DNA of 64,000 bases from Eledone cirrhosa (taxonomy: Eukaryota), in the NCBI GenBank assembly GCA_964016885.1, contig OZ024758.1, positions 32,054,001 through 32,118,000 on the forward strand, read 5' to 3'. The number at the start of each line of letters is the position of its first letter. The first letter of the stretch is position 1. A program made the translations under genes and the position numbers. A model generated the notes under the pieces. The model worked only from the letters and a program-made list of their open reading frames with translations, did no database searches and was not told where the DNA came from. Positions 38,471 to 51,974 of this stretch are shown here, piece by piece.

Positions 38471-38947
38471 TGTATACTCCAGTCCTACAAACTGTAGAGT
38501 GCTTCTTATCCGATATCTGCATTGCTTTATTGTACTACAATAAAACTCACCTCCTATATATATATATATATATATACATACATATATACATCAGGAGCGA
38601 AGGGTGCGTGCATGCGCTATAGAATCTTCAGTTGATCAATTGCGTTGGTTGAAGCAAGCAAAATTTTGACTGCTTACTAAATCGTAGACACATAAAAAGA
38701 TAACACACACACACACACACACACACACTAGATAACACTACATGTGGCTTTGACTGGGAGGGGCATTTAGAGGGAATTGGGGGGGGGGGGGCATCACAGC
38801 CCCACTTTTCGCCATGGCGATTGGACTGCATGCTCTGCTTTCCAGGTTACCCTTCACCACTGATATATGTATGTATATACATATATATACATATATATAT
38901 ATGTATATATATAGATATATACATTTTATACATATATATATATATAC

Positions 38948-40444
38948 ATCCTCATCATCATCATTTTACATCTGCTTTTCCCTGCTTGCAAGGGTGGGAC
39001 GGGTCCTAATTCAGCACAGCATCTCTCCACTTATCACGGTCCTTCGTCATCTCCACTGTGAGCTTCAGCGATCTGATGTCTGCTCTCACCACCTCCGCCC
39101 ATGTTTTTCGTGGTCTTCCTCTACTGCGTCTTCCTTCTACTGGGATTTCTTGGCACTTCTTTACCCAGAAGTCATCCTCCATGCGCATCACATGTCCATT
39201 CCTTCGCAGTCTTCTCTCCTGCACACTACAACTTATCCCTCTTATACACAGTTTCTCTCTCAACTCATCTATGCTTGATCGTTCATGCACATTGATATTG
39301 CAAATCCACGGAGCATGCTTCATTTCTCTCCAGCCGTCGCATATCCTCTGTAGTTTCTGCCCATGTCTCACTACCATGCAGCATAGCGCATCTCATACAG
39401 GCAGAAACACTTCTTTGTCAACAGAGGAAGCAGCTCCCTAAACTTCTTCCAGCCCGTCCTTATTCTAGATACTATGGCCTCGGAACATACCCCTCCCATG
39501 CTAATCTGATCTCCTAGGTACCAGAAGCTATCAACCACTTCTATAGCACCCGCCTGCATTTGAAAAATGTGTCTATCAATGCGACTTCTACTGTCAACTT
39601 TCCCTGTACATCTACTGCATACGTATTTCTCCCTACCTGTTAGTTTGCCTGCTATCCCACTACATCTCTTGTCTACCCAAGATCTGCATTGCGTACATTT
39701 TATAGAATTTATGCCAGATCCTTTCCTACATATCGAACATGGCTATTTTCCTAATGGAATCAGAATATTGTCCTCTCTTCTACTTACCAACACTTTTGTC
39801 TTAGTTAGGTTCACTCTCAGTCCTCTTGATTCCAACTGCTGTTTCCATAGCCAGAATTTATTCTGTAGATCCTCTACTGATTCTGGTATAAGAACCAGAT
39901 CATCACCATAGAGAAGTTCCCATGGGCATCCAGTCTTAATCTCCTCTGTTATGGCTTGGAGGACTATAATGAACAAGAGCGGGCTGAGGACTGAACCCTG
40001 ATGTACACCTACCTGTATCTGGAATACCTCACTAAACTCCATTCTTTCTCTCACTTTACTGACAGCACCTCTGTACATAGCTTGCACTGTCTTCACAAGC
40101 CATTCCTCAACACCTAGTTTCCTTAGGGACCACCAGATGACAGATCGGGGTACCCTATCAAAGGCCTTCTCTAGGTCAACAAAAGCTAAGTATAGTGACT
40201 TATTCTTCTCTAAGAACATCTCTTGTAGTTGTCTCACTAAGAAGAGGGCATCTGTTGTACTTTTCCCAGGCACAAAACCAAACTGAATCTCATCTAGTTC
40301 AACCTTTCTCTAATTAGTTGCGCCAATATCCTTTCTGCCATTTTCATAACCTGATCCATCAGTTTTATACCCCTATAATTGCTCCTCTCCAGAGCATCCC
40401 CTTTACCTTTGTAGCAATTTATGAGAATACTGCTGCATCAGTCT
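38948..40444 (-). mobile_element. RTE LINE family 1, 3' part (continues at 43860-44445)
   Basis: RT motifs FVDLEKAFDRVPR, GVHQGSVLSPL, LYGDDLVL and GRPRKTW, with a (GAT)n tail. Confidence 0.9.
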
Positions 40445-43400
40445 GAGAAGACTGGGAAATCTGCTACCCATGAAGTAATTGCCACTGGGGTACCAGAGGA
40501 CAAGGCTGATCTTCAGGCATTTTCTGCCAGCTCAGCCAAAGACCTAGGCTGGTTCTCCCAAAGGGTGCTCTCTGCCTTGGTCGACCTGGTCCAAAACCCA
40601 GACTCATCAGGCTGTCTTTTTCGGAACACGCCGAGGCAATTTCATATCATCTGGCCTCTGTTAAAGCTGGGCGTGAAAATCGGATTACCTTCCGAACACG
40701 CCCAGGCCTACCACCCCATGTACGTCCAAAGCTACGTGCTGCAGCTTCCGTGAATCGGAACTCAGCACAACATGAAAGTTTTAGTCTGCGTAATGATGGT
40801 CAGATCTGGAGGTTTGTTAAGGCTGGTGAAACGTGGAAGAGAGATACTAGCTGGTCTGAGTGTGCTCTACCCACAATAACTGGCAATGAAAAAACTGCAA
40901 CAACTCTGGGAAACTAAACCAGAACAACCTGCCATCCTCTACACACCATCATAAACTGCAAGCAGGGTACAAATTGTTGTCCTTAAATGCTCGCAGTTTA
41001 TGCAACATGATACATCTGTTTAACTCCTACGTCAGAAGCATCGACCCTGACTTCATCACAGTCACGGAAACATGGGCACATTCCTTACTGTGTGATGGGG
41101 TATTCAGCATTACTGGGTACTACCTTTTCCGCAAGGACCGCATTAATCGCCGTGGTGGTGTGATGGTCTACGTTCTTTCAAACTTTTCGGTAATTCCTTG
41201 CGTTGATTTGAACGAATCACAAGAAGAATTTTTTTTTTGTGACATACGTATGACCATGTCAACACTTCTGCTTGGTGTTGTTTATCGCCCCCCAAACTAC
41301 CATCAAGACACACAGCTTTGCGATATCCTCAGAGCTGCTGCCAGGAAAACAGCCACTTATGTGTTTATTGCAGGTGACTTCAATCATCCTGAGATCGAAT
41401 GGGAAACCTTTCGTTGGCCACAAAGTGCAAACGATTTCCTTGAGCTAGTGCTGGACTCAAACTGGTCACAAGTAGTCACCTCTCCAACAAGAGGTGACAA
41501 CACTTTGCACCTGATCTCCACCACTACTCCTGAAGTGGTTATCAGTTGTACTACTGAGGAACCTCTAGGTGACTCTGATCATGCTATGATCATTGCCAAT
41601 CTGGCTCTTGCGGGCAGCAACAAAAACCAGAACCATCTCCAATCTGCTTGCTTTATATTGGAAGAAAGCAGATTGGAACTTGTACTGCACTGAGATACAG
41701 CGCCCAAACTGGCATGAGTTCTATAACTCTGGAGATGTGAACACTATATTCTAGAGCATCCTGGACTCAATATGGATAGCGTGTGCAGCATCAGTGCCAC
41801 GTAAGCAGAAAAAAACCACCCCAAAAGTGCAAGTTGGGAAACTTCAGCGGTCCGACTTGCCAGGAAAGAACGTCGGAACGCTGAACGGGAATATAAACTG
41901 CATAGATCAGATGCCAACAGAAAAAAGCGGAATAAATCTTCCAACCATCTCAAGCAAGTGACAAAAAAGGCAGTGCTTGAAATTGAACAGTGCATAGCAA
42001 CCAATCCTGACAGTAAGGTGTTCTGGAAATATGTTCATTCAAAGCAGAGACCTCACTCTCCAGTTGGTCCTCTTCGCAATCCCCACACTGACGATCCCAA
42101 AGAATGCACAGAACGCATTGCTGAGTGCTATGCAAGCATTTTTACTGTTGAAGACCAGAGTGTACCATCTCCACCATCTCTAACATCAAATTCCATAACA
42201 ACTATGGAATTTAGACCTGCAATGCTGCGACGTCCTTAAGAATAAGCGCAACTATGCCTCCCCTGGTCTTGATGGTGTTACATACCTGCTTCTCAAACGT
42301 GGCGGGTACTTCTTTTGCACCAGCTTTCTTTCTTCTTTCAATACTGTCTCAACAATGGTGCTACTCCGGAGCAGTGGAAAACTGCCAGTGTCATTCCCCT
42401 GTTCAAAAAGGGCGACCGCACGTGACCTGTCAACTATCCACCAGTTAGTCTTACTAGTTGTATTGCCAAACTGATGGAATCCTGTGTCAGAGAAACACTT
42501 TGGAACTTCTGGAACTCTCACAGTCTTATCCGGCCCTCACAATTTGGATGTATCCCTAACTCCAGCTGCTGTGATCAGCTTATCGAGTTCCTTGAAGACA
42601 TCACCCGGATCACTGACAGCGGCTCATGGGTGGATGTTGGTTACCTTGATTTCGCTAAGGCTTTTAATTCTGTGCCACACAAAAGACTTATGGCGAAACT
42701 CTCTGCAATGGGTGTGAGGGATGATCTTTTTAACTGGTTGAAATCCTTCATTCTCAGCTGAAAAGAGGTAGTCACGGTTCTAGGACAGTATTCTTCACCA
42801 TATGAGATGTCATCTGGTGTACCACAGGGATCTGTTCTTGGTCCCCTCTTGTTTGTGGCATATATTAATGACATAGATGCCAACTTAAAGAATGCCACAG
42901 TACTGAAATATGCAGATAACATCAAGCTGTACCTTGAAATCAAAAGGACTGATCCTGAATTCTACAACTCTTTCCTACAATAAGACCTGGACACAATGCA
43001 GCAATGGATCACAGACTGGCAACTGAAGCTGACTGTGGACAAGTGTACCACCATGCATTTTGGGAGGAAAAATCCAGCGTCCACATACTCCCTCCACATC
43101 ACTGATATCAAGAAGTCCTCTTGTGAACGTGACCTGGGCATTACTGTCAGCAGCAATTTGCGTTGGACAAAGCATGTCTCTAAGATTGTCAAGAAGGCCC
43201 AGAGTGTCTTGGCATCACTCAGCAAGAACTTAGTTAGCCACTCTCCAGCCATCTGTTTAAAGCTGTATACAGCTATGGTACGACCACACTTAGAATTTGC
43301 ATCATCAGTCTGGAACCCCTATCTTGCTCAGAACATTGACCCCCTGGAAACTGTTCAGGGACGTGCAACCATACCCTCCATCAGACACCTACCATACACT

Positions 43401-43859
43401 GAACGCCTTGCTTCCCTGGGCATGGATTCATTGAAGCTCCGACGTCTGGCAATGGACTTGGTAAACACCCACAAAGTTATTAACCATGTCGCCAACAACA
43501 ACCCTGAGCACCTTTTTGATCTCCATATATCTAACACACGTGGACATGCCTACAAAATCAGAAAACAGCACAGCTCCCATGACTTTCGGAAACATTTTTT
43601 CAAGCTTAGAGTTGCTGAAGCATGGAACAAACTGCCTGCGTCAGTTGTTAGCTGCTGAGACACTGAATCCTTTAAAACCCTCATGCTTCCCGAAATTCGC
43701 CAAAACTACACCCTTCCATACACATGCAGACATGTGTATATCATGACTCATGCACTGTTCATTTTCCTGACGTTTGTACATTACCCTATGTACCATCCAT
43801 ACAGTTTTTGATGAGTTGTAGTGCACCTGAGCACTGTACACAATATTTTCATTATTATA
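40445..43859 (+). mobile_element. CR1-group LINE (ORF1 end, APE + RT ORF2, 3' UTR, ATT tail) nested in the RTE with an 11-bp target-site duplication
   Basis: LNARSL, VTETW, GVVYRPP, AGDFNHP, GDSDH, YLDFAKAFNSVPH, GVPQGSVLGPLLF, YADNIKL. TSD tgcatcagtct (40434-40444) / tgcaccagtct (43860-43870). Confidence 0.9.
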
Positions 43860-44445
43860 TGCACCAGTCTTTGGGTATGACACCACTATATATAACTTGA
43901 TTGATGATGCGTGCAACCAGTTTAGTGCCTACGTCCCCTGATGCCTTCAGCATCTCAGCAACTATCCCCGACGGTCCAGCAGCCTTATCATTTTTCATTT
44001 CCTTAATCGCCTCTTGGACCCTATATTCGTCAATCTCAATAGCTGGTCCCTCTGTTGGATCTACTGAGAGTAATTTCTCTCTCTCCCATTCGTTCTCCAC
44101 ATTCATCAGTCTCTCATAATGACATTTCCAGGCCTCCTTTTTCTGGTCATTCGTGAGACCGGCATCATTCCGGACACATTTATCTCCAACAACATCCTGA
44201 TTCCCACTGATACACTGCCTTGCAATGTGGAACACCGCACGCCTCTGATCTTCCCGTCGCAGAACATTGGCAAACCTCCTACTCTCAGCCTCCCTGCGTG
44301 CTAAGTACACCTGACGTCTAGCTTCTCTCTTAACGGCTGTATATCCTTCTCTACTCCCACCCTTTTTCCAAGCCTTCCATGCTAGTCTTTTGTCTCTAAT
44401 GGCCTTATCTACTGTGCTGTTCCACCACCTGGTCACTCTCTGTCT
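43860..44445 (-). mobile_element. RTE LINE family 1, 5' continuation of 38948-40444
   Basis: TRWWNSTV...KAAGPSGIVAEMLK...IPKDWC, collinear with the copy at 29087-29672. Confidence 0.85.
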
Positions 44446-44479
44446 GTACATACACACACACACACACACATATATATAT

Positions 44480-46160
44480 GTATGTACACAACGCACGAAC
44501 AGAAAAGGGGCTCCAAACCACCGCCTGCTGCAGTAATGCGGCTCCAGTCTTTTCACAAAGACACAATTACAACAACAACAACAAATACAACAAAAACAAA
44601 AGTAATGCTGCTCCCTGAACAAGAACATTTTTCTCTTTTAGCCATGTTGAACCTGGCAAAAGAGATACAGAAAAACATTTTAGCCATCACCCAATACTCA
44701 TTGCTGTCACTAACACACAATCTTAAAACAAGCCCCCTGCAACAGTCAAAACCAGCCACAACAGTAGCCTCCACATTTTTACTCAATGCACAGAAATGGA
44801 AGATCCAATTCATTGAGGATTGTGTTGGTAACCATCCATTTCATATCCCCTTCTTCATTCTTACTGAGACCCACCTTGACAACTCCCACTTGGAGGCCGA
44901 AGTAAGAGTGAGGAATTTCACAACCATTCGCGTGGATCGTGTTGACAGAAGGAAAGGTGGAACTGCCATTTTCCTGCATGATTCCTTTACGGCAGATGGT
45001 AACACAACATTCTCCAATGGCTACTGTGAATCAGTCACTGTGCACAACAAAGCCAAAACCTGATATTAGTTGGGCTCTATAGGCCACCCCAAACACCCAT
45101 AATGCACTTCAAGGAATGCCTCAACAAGATTAAGTGCTTTATTCAACAGTGCCATTCTAGTAACATACTTTTGATGGGAGATTTTAATCTACCCTGTGTC
45201 GATTGGTCTCCAAACAATTTGAAATCAGGCAACCACTGACAAAGAAGCAGTCAAGTCACTTCTCGACTTTATGAATGAGTTTTTCTTATCCCAACTTGTC
45301 CTTGTACCAACAAGGCATCAGAAGAACATTCTGGACCTAGTAACCACACTAATACTCTACATAATATTACAGTAAAAAAAAACCTTCTCTCAGACCATGA
45401 CATGGTTCTTTGTAACCTGAGATTCTACCAGCCGAAAGCTAACCCTAGGGAGCTCTTTCCAGCCCACCCATTTGATAACATGGATCTCTACAATGCCAAG
45501 TGGGATGCAATTATGAACCAACTATCACTTGTTGACTGGTCTTTTACACATGCACTCATTTCCACCAACATCAAAACATCTTGGCAGATCTTTGTAGACA
45601 CTGTCACAAATATATGTACAAAACACACCCACCAAAACCTGTGAACAAAATTAAGTGCAGTATCCCCCAAAACAGAAAAATTATTATCAGAAAAATAAAA
45701 AGAACAAACAAAAAGATTAACACACTAAAATACTGCCAACAGCAACACACACGTTCGACGGCTATCGCACTGCTTGAATCAAATAAATATAACTTCCAAC
45801 AATGCATGACGACCATCATCAATAGCCAAAGAACAGCTGAAGAGAGGTGGGCTATTGAGAAAATCAAACTCAAACCCAAAGTGTTTTTTTCATTTGCGAA
45901 AAAACACAAGGTCACTGTCTCCACTGTTGGCCCCCTAGTTGATGAAAATGGCACACTCCAAGATAATGCCAAAACCATGGGCGAGATACTGCAAAAACAA
46001 TACTGCTCTGTTTTCAGCAATCCTGATATGGCCGATTTGGGCTGTGTCAGTGAGGTTAATCCCCAACACACTATATCGGACATAACGTTTGGCGCCCCTG
46101 ATGTCTTAGCGGCAACAAATTAAACACAATTCAGCAGTAAGCTCCGATAGGTTCCCTGAG
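44480..46160 (+). mobile_element. degenerate CR1/L2-group LINE ORF2 fragment (APE endonuclease region)
   Basis: ILTETHL...RVDRVDRRKGGTAIF, GLYRPP, MGDFNLP, SDHD, PKVFFSFAK. Several stops. Confidence 0.75.
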
Positions 46161-46199
46161 GAGTTGATATTCAGTAGAGTGTTCAAGCAGAGCAGGTAA

Positions 46200-48035
46200 A
46201 AATAGATACAGGCAGTTCATCTCCAATGAACTAGACAAAAGTTACAAAAAACACCTACTAACACACTCAACAACATAAATAGATTAGGTAAGAACATAGT
46301 AACAAGCTTGGATATTGATAAATACATAGACCCTCACAAACCTATGACACCGAAATTCTCTCTTAAGGATCACAAATGTAACTTTAACCAAAACCCCTCT
46401 GTTAGATTGATATGCCCCTCCACTTCGGATATAGGTAGAATTAGCAAAGTAATCCTAGATAGAATAATACCTGTGCTAAAAAATAAGGCTAAGATTCTAC
46501 TTTGGAATAATACTGACCAGATCATCAAATGGTTCACTAATATACAAGATAAGGATTCACTAAAATTTATTCAATTCGACATAGATAATTATTACGCCTT
46601 TATCTCCCCTATACTACTAAACAAGGCCCTTATCTTAGCTAGGTCAAATACTTGTTTAACTAAAAAAGAAATAGACATGGTACTAGCAGCTAGACGAACC
46701 ATCATTCACTTCGACGGCTCATACTGGACCAGAGCCAACCATCCTGATAATTTTGACATCATGATGGGGTCGAGTGACTCTGCACAGGTAACCGACTTAG
46801 TTGGTATATACCTCCTGCATAAGCTTAGAGAAGAGATCCCCGCACTACAAGGAGGTGTATATAGAGACGATGCTCTATTTACTGTAAGGAATCAGAACTC
46901 CCGTAGAATAGAAAACCTCAATAAGCTTATCCATAAATTCTTTAAAACGTACGGCCTCTCAGTAACAATAGACCATAACCATAAGATAGTTAACCTCCTT
47001 GATGTAACATTAGAGTTAGATACAGGCCTCTATAGATCGTACCATAAGCCAGGTGAGGTACTCTCTTACATTAACAAATCCTCTAACCATCCCACATCTA
47101 CCCTTAACTCTATAGTTAGAAGCGTCTCACACAGAATCTCGAACCTATCGGCCAGCAAGGGCCTTTTTGACTCCACCGCTGATTACTACAACAACGCACT
47201 GGCCGAATCGGGATATAGAATAATAATAATAAAGATAACAGCGGCCTTTACCACACTAGAAATAACAACAAAAAGCATTGCAATTGCCGAAACCCTAACA
47301 ACTGTCCACTCCAGGGCTACTGCCTGATTAAAAATGTGATCTACAAATGCACAGTGACCACCAACAATAGCACTAAGTCTTACATAGGCGCCACTTCTAA
47401 TGAGTTCAAGACTAGATTTAGAAACTCAGGTTCTCTACCTTCCTTGCTAGCTATATCACACAATTAATGGAATCTTACAATAGCTATACTACCCAGTGGA
47501 GTATAGTAGAAGGAAGAATTGTCAGCTAGGCCTAATGGAAACTTATTATATAGTAAGCTCAGCCCACACACTTATTAATAGCAGAGCTGAGACTGTAATA
47601 AACTGAAACCACAGACTACAACACTTATTCTATAACTGGTCGTTCTACCAAGGGTAACCTTCAATCTCGACAGCAGCCTACATTACACCACCATTAAATA
47701 CTTCCTATAATAGTTCAGCTTAAGTACAATATTTAATGATGCTCTTAACCAGCCACCTAACATTTGCCTATGCCCTATCCAACGCTTACTGAATTAAACC
47801 CACTCTGCCAAATCATCCCTATAGCTGGTATATACAATATTTTCTAGGAGTGCTTTCGAACCTTTTCACCATGCAGTTACCTTCCTTGGGATTATGCCCC
47901 TTTCACAGTCACCATTATTATTTTTTGTTTACGATGCACAGAGACGTGTATATACAGTGAATATAGTTTCACCCAGATTGGACGGTATAATTATTGACAG
48001 ACATTGTATTAACAAACACATTTCTCTGAAGAGCC
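46200..48035 (+). mobile_element. second Naiad-like Penelope family, 5'-truncated and internally deleted
   Basis: ORF 46308-47327 (LKDHK...RLICPS, FIQFDIDNYY, MGSSDSAQVTDLVG, GVYRDD). A shifted frame gives CNCRNPNNCPLQGYC...VIYKC...SYIGAT. Confidence 0.85.
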
Positions 48036-48047
48036 CGCATTATTATT

Positions 48048-48412
48048 GTGGCAGTGTCGGTAGAGGGTCGGACGCCATGCTTTGACGCATAGAGTGACGC
48101 CCCTTTATGATCTGAGTTCAAATCCCGCCGAGGTTAACTTTGCCTTTCATCCTTACGGGGTCGATAAAATAAAGTACCAGCAATACACTGGATAATTGCT
48201 GGCCTTGTGCCAAAAGTAGAAACAATTATTATTGGCAGTATCGGTAGAGGGTCGGACGCCATGCTTTCCAGCATAGTTACGTCCCTTTAGGATATGAGTT
48301 CAAATCCCGCCGAGGTTGACTTTGCCTTTCATCCTTACGGGGTCGATAAAATAAAGTACCAGTAATGCACTGGATAATTGCTGGCCTTGTGCCTAAAGTA
48401 GAAACAATTATT
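48048..48412 (+). mobile_element. tandem dimer of a tRNA-derived SINE (~183-bp unit)
   Basis: Two copies of ggcagtRtcggtagag...gagttcaaatcccgccgagg...ctttgcctttcatccttacggggtcgataaaataaagtaccag...agaaacaattatt. Confidence 0.85.
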
Positions 48413-48522
48413 CTTTAATGAAAGAATTGTATAAATAATTTGTTTTACGGCTAGCGACTCCTTCATTTATTCACTTGCTTATATATACATATATATCTAT
48501 ATATATACATGTATATTTATTA

Positions 48523-48602
<80 letters not shown>

Positions 48603-48929
48603 TGTGTATAAATATATATAGAGAGAAACTCAGTTAAAATAGCTCATTGAAAAAATTTTCCGGACCGTGTAATGTAATTCAATATAATAAAGAGAGATAA
48701 ACACAGATATATATGTGTTCAAAATTATAAGTTGGGTTTCTAACTCAATATATACTTTTCATAAATACTGCTCCTTGAATTTTGTAGAGCTTAATAATTG
48801 TCGCATGAACCAGGCTGCTATTTTTAGCAGTATATGTTTTACAAATTTAGCGAATCTGGTCTCTTATAATTTTGAACACAGATATGTATATATCTGTGTT
48901 TATCTCTCTTTAATGTATTGAATTATATT

Positions 48930-49008
<79 letters not shown>

Positions 49009-49012
<4 letters not shown>

Positions 49013-49312
49013 TTCAATTCTCAGACCGGGTGATGTGTTGTTTACTCAGCTGTAGAAATGAGATGATAGGGACTGGGGTCCCTATCATTCCACTGCAAAG
49101 TGGTTGTGGAGGTGCCACGGCAAAAAGGCACCCAGCCCACACTGTAAAGTGGTCATGTAGGCGCCACGGAAAAAAAGCACCCAACACTCACTGTAAATGA
49201 GGTTGGTGTTAGGAAGGGCATCCAGCTGTAGAAATCAAGCCAGAATCAGTTCCCGTCCCACCCTTGCAAGTAGGGAAAAGCGGACGTAAAATGATGATGA
49301 TGATGATGATGA
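49009..49312 (+). mobile_element. 5'-truncated SINE of the 28641 family
   Basis: gagttcaattctcagaccgggtg...aagggcatccagctgtagaaatcaagccag...gcggacgtaaaatgatgatg. Confidence 0.8.
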
Positions 49313-49336
49313 TATATATATATATATATAAATTTG

Positions 49337-49404
<68 letters not shown>

Positions 49405-49548
49405 ATGCTTTGGGAGGGTCATGTTGCCAATATGAAACACACGCACCAGTTGCTTTCACTCCAATTTATTATAAATTAAATTTATAAATTTAAGAATTTA
49501 TAAATTTCCGGTTGGTTGGTTCCACAACCGGACGGTTGTTCATATATT

Positions 49549-49591
49549 GTCAAAGTTCTTTCGTCACACATTCTATGACCTCTTCAGTGAC
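49549..49591 (-). ncRNA. minimal hammerhead ribozyme motif
   Basis: Minus strand: gtca CTGAAGA ggtcata gaa tgtgtgac GAAA gaac TT tgac. Confidence 0.55.
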
Positions 49592-49860
49592 TTGGGATTC
49601 TTTATATATATATATATAAACAATGAGTTATATGGTTTGTTGATTATTCAACAAAGTTAATTTTATAACACATTAGAAGCACTCTACAGAATTTTTATCT
49701 TGAGTATCAATAATATTAATAAATGGAAAATATGTCACTATCTTTACACCAAATATTGTATTTTATCTGACAAAAGCGTATTTAAATATTAGTACCCTTG
49801 AAATACGTATAATAAAATAAATATGGTTTTATAAAGATATTTTCCATTTATTAATATTAT

Positions 49861-49903
<43 letters not shown>

Positions 49904-50126
49904 ATAAAAACACTTGAGTGCATTAGATTCAAAGACACTCGTCGAATTAGAGAAATGACAGTACAAGAGATAGCTCAATGTTATCAAACAGAGCCGAAAA
50001 AATTATGTAAATCAACAAAGAAGCCTTTAATACATTAAAAATCTTTATTTGCTGACAATGTTTTGTCCCAGTAATTAGGACTCTTCATATATATATATAT
50101 ACACGTATATGTATATATATTTATAC

Positions 50127-50211
<85 letters not shown>

Positions 50212-50526
50212 CATATATATATACATTTATATATATACTAGCATTAAAGCCCGGCGTTGCTCGGGGTCAGTAAGTTACCAAAGTTAGGTTGCACCACCCA
50301 TTTTATGGCACCACTTTTTTGTCTGCCAGGCACTGGGTGAATGAATTGCAGACCTGGACTGCCGAAGCACGAGCTGTGCCAGCAGTGACAAGAAAATGTG
50401 TTAAAATTTATGTGCAAAGAAATGTGTTAAAATTTATTGTTTCACAGTACTTGCGCAACACGTGCGTAGACGATGCTAGCCGAACAACAGAGCTGCGATG
50501 GAGTTGTTCTGCATGGTTGTCTAATG

Positions 50527-50712
50527 TGTGTTTTCTAAATTTAAGACAGTAGGGAGGGGTGTGATATGGGGGAGAGTTAGCTGCTGTTTCTAGCAGGTTT
50601 AGTGACCTCATAGAGGATATGTGTTTTCTAAATTTAAGACAGTAGGAAGGGGTGTGATATGGGGGAGAGTTAGCTGCTATTTCTAGCAGGTTTAGTGACC
50701 TCATAGAGGATA
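50527..50712 (+). repeat. 2 x 93-bp tandem repeat
   Basis: tgtgttttctaaatttaagacagtagg...gacctcatagaggata repeated at 50527 and 50620. Confidence 0.9.
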
Positions 50713-50746
50713 TTATTGTGTATCATTATCTATAAAAGGCAGATTT

Positions 50747-51030
50747 TTTGCACAATTTCAAACCGATTCAACTCAAAGTCTGTAAGAATGTTGTAAATGG
50801 TCTAACTTAGGTCAATGACTATTTATTAATTTCAAACTCGCCCACAATTACGGAAATAATTGATAAAACTAAATACATGACGCTTTACCCCTCTAATACA
50901 ATCTGATAACCTCTCTCTACTCCCCTTAAATTTCGATAAAACTACATACATGCTGCAACTTTCTCTTATATACGCTTAAACTTACAAACTTCCTTTAGGA
51001 ACGCCGAAGAAAGAAGAGAGAAAGAAATGA

Positions 51031-51095
<65 letters not shown>

Positions 51096-51444
51096 TTTGT
51101 TTTTGAGTGTGGAATGGTCAAACATTTATTTACTTCAATGACAACAATTATTCAAAAGCAACAGATAAATTTATTCAACAACAAAAAAAAAATACCGGTA
51201 AATTTTTTTTAAAACATCTCTCAACGAACGTGGAAGAAAGAAGTATCAGTTTATTTACTATACACAATAATATCCTCTATGAGTAAATAAACTGATACTT
51301 CTTTCTTCCACGTTCGTTGAGAGATGTTTTAAAAAAGATTTACCGCTATTTTTTTTTGTTGTTGAATAAATTTATCTGTTGCTTTTGAATAATTGTTGTC
51401 ATTGAAGTAAATAAATGTTTGACCATTCCACACTCAAAAACAAA

Positions 51445-51495
<51 letters not shown>

Positions 51496-51787
51496 TCTCT
51501 CCTTCATTTCTTTCTCTCTTCTTTCTTCGGCGTTCCTAAAGGAAGTTTGTAAGTTTAAGCGTATATAAGAGAAAGTTGCAGCATGTATGTAGTTTTATCG
51601 ATTTTTAAGGGGAGTAGAGAGAGGTTATCAGATTGTATTAGAGGGGTAAAGCGTCATGTATTTAGTTTTATCTATTATTTCCGTAATTGTGGGTGAGTTT
51701 GAAATAAATAAATAGTCGTTGACCTAAGTTAGACCATTTACAACATTCTTACAGACTTTGAGTTGAATCGGTTTGAAATTGTGCAAA
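50747..51787. repeat. ~510-bp-arm inverted repeat with 22-nt spacer
   Basis: 50747-51258 mirrors 51281-51787 with few mismatches, including (GA)n/(TC)n tracts. An outer short IR spans 50721-50748 / 51818-51845. Confidence 0.9.
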
Positions 51788-51974
51788 TGTATAAAATTGA
51801 AACATACATACAGACACAAAAATTTGCCTTTTATAGATAATGATATAAATATATACATACATACATATATATACATTTATCTCTCTATATATAAAACAGA
51901 AGATGTCTATCTGTTTGTCTGAGTAAATCCCTAAAACTCGAGAAGTACCCGATCGATTTTACACATGCATTACT

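Larger units (their letters stand above)
50236..51845 (+). mobile_element. putative non-autonomous Helitron/Helentron-like element with internal tandem repeat and large foldback
   Basis: Begins tactagcattaaagcccggcgttgctcggg and ends acatacatacagacac...gccttttatagataatgat. The family call rests only on recalled resemblance of the ends. Confidence 0.45.

Noticed and set aside
48048-48412. Possible tRNA genes or a CRISPR-like array (also 28641 and the 93-bp repeat at 50527)
   Set aside because: A/B boxes run into SINE body sequence without a cloverleaf. The repeats are simple dimers with no unique spacers, in a eukaryotic context.
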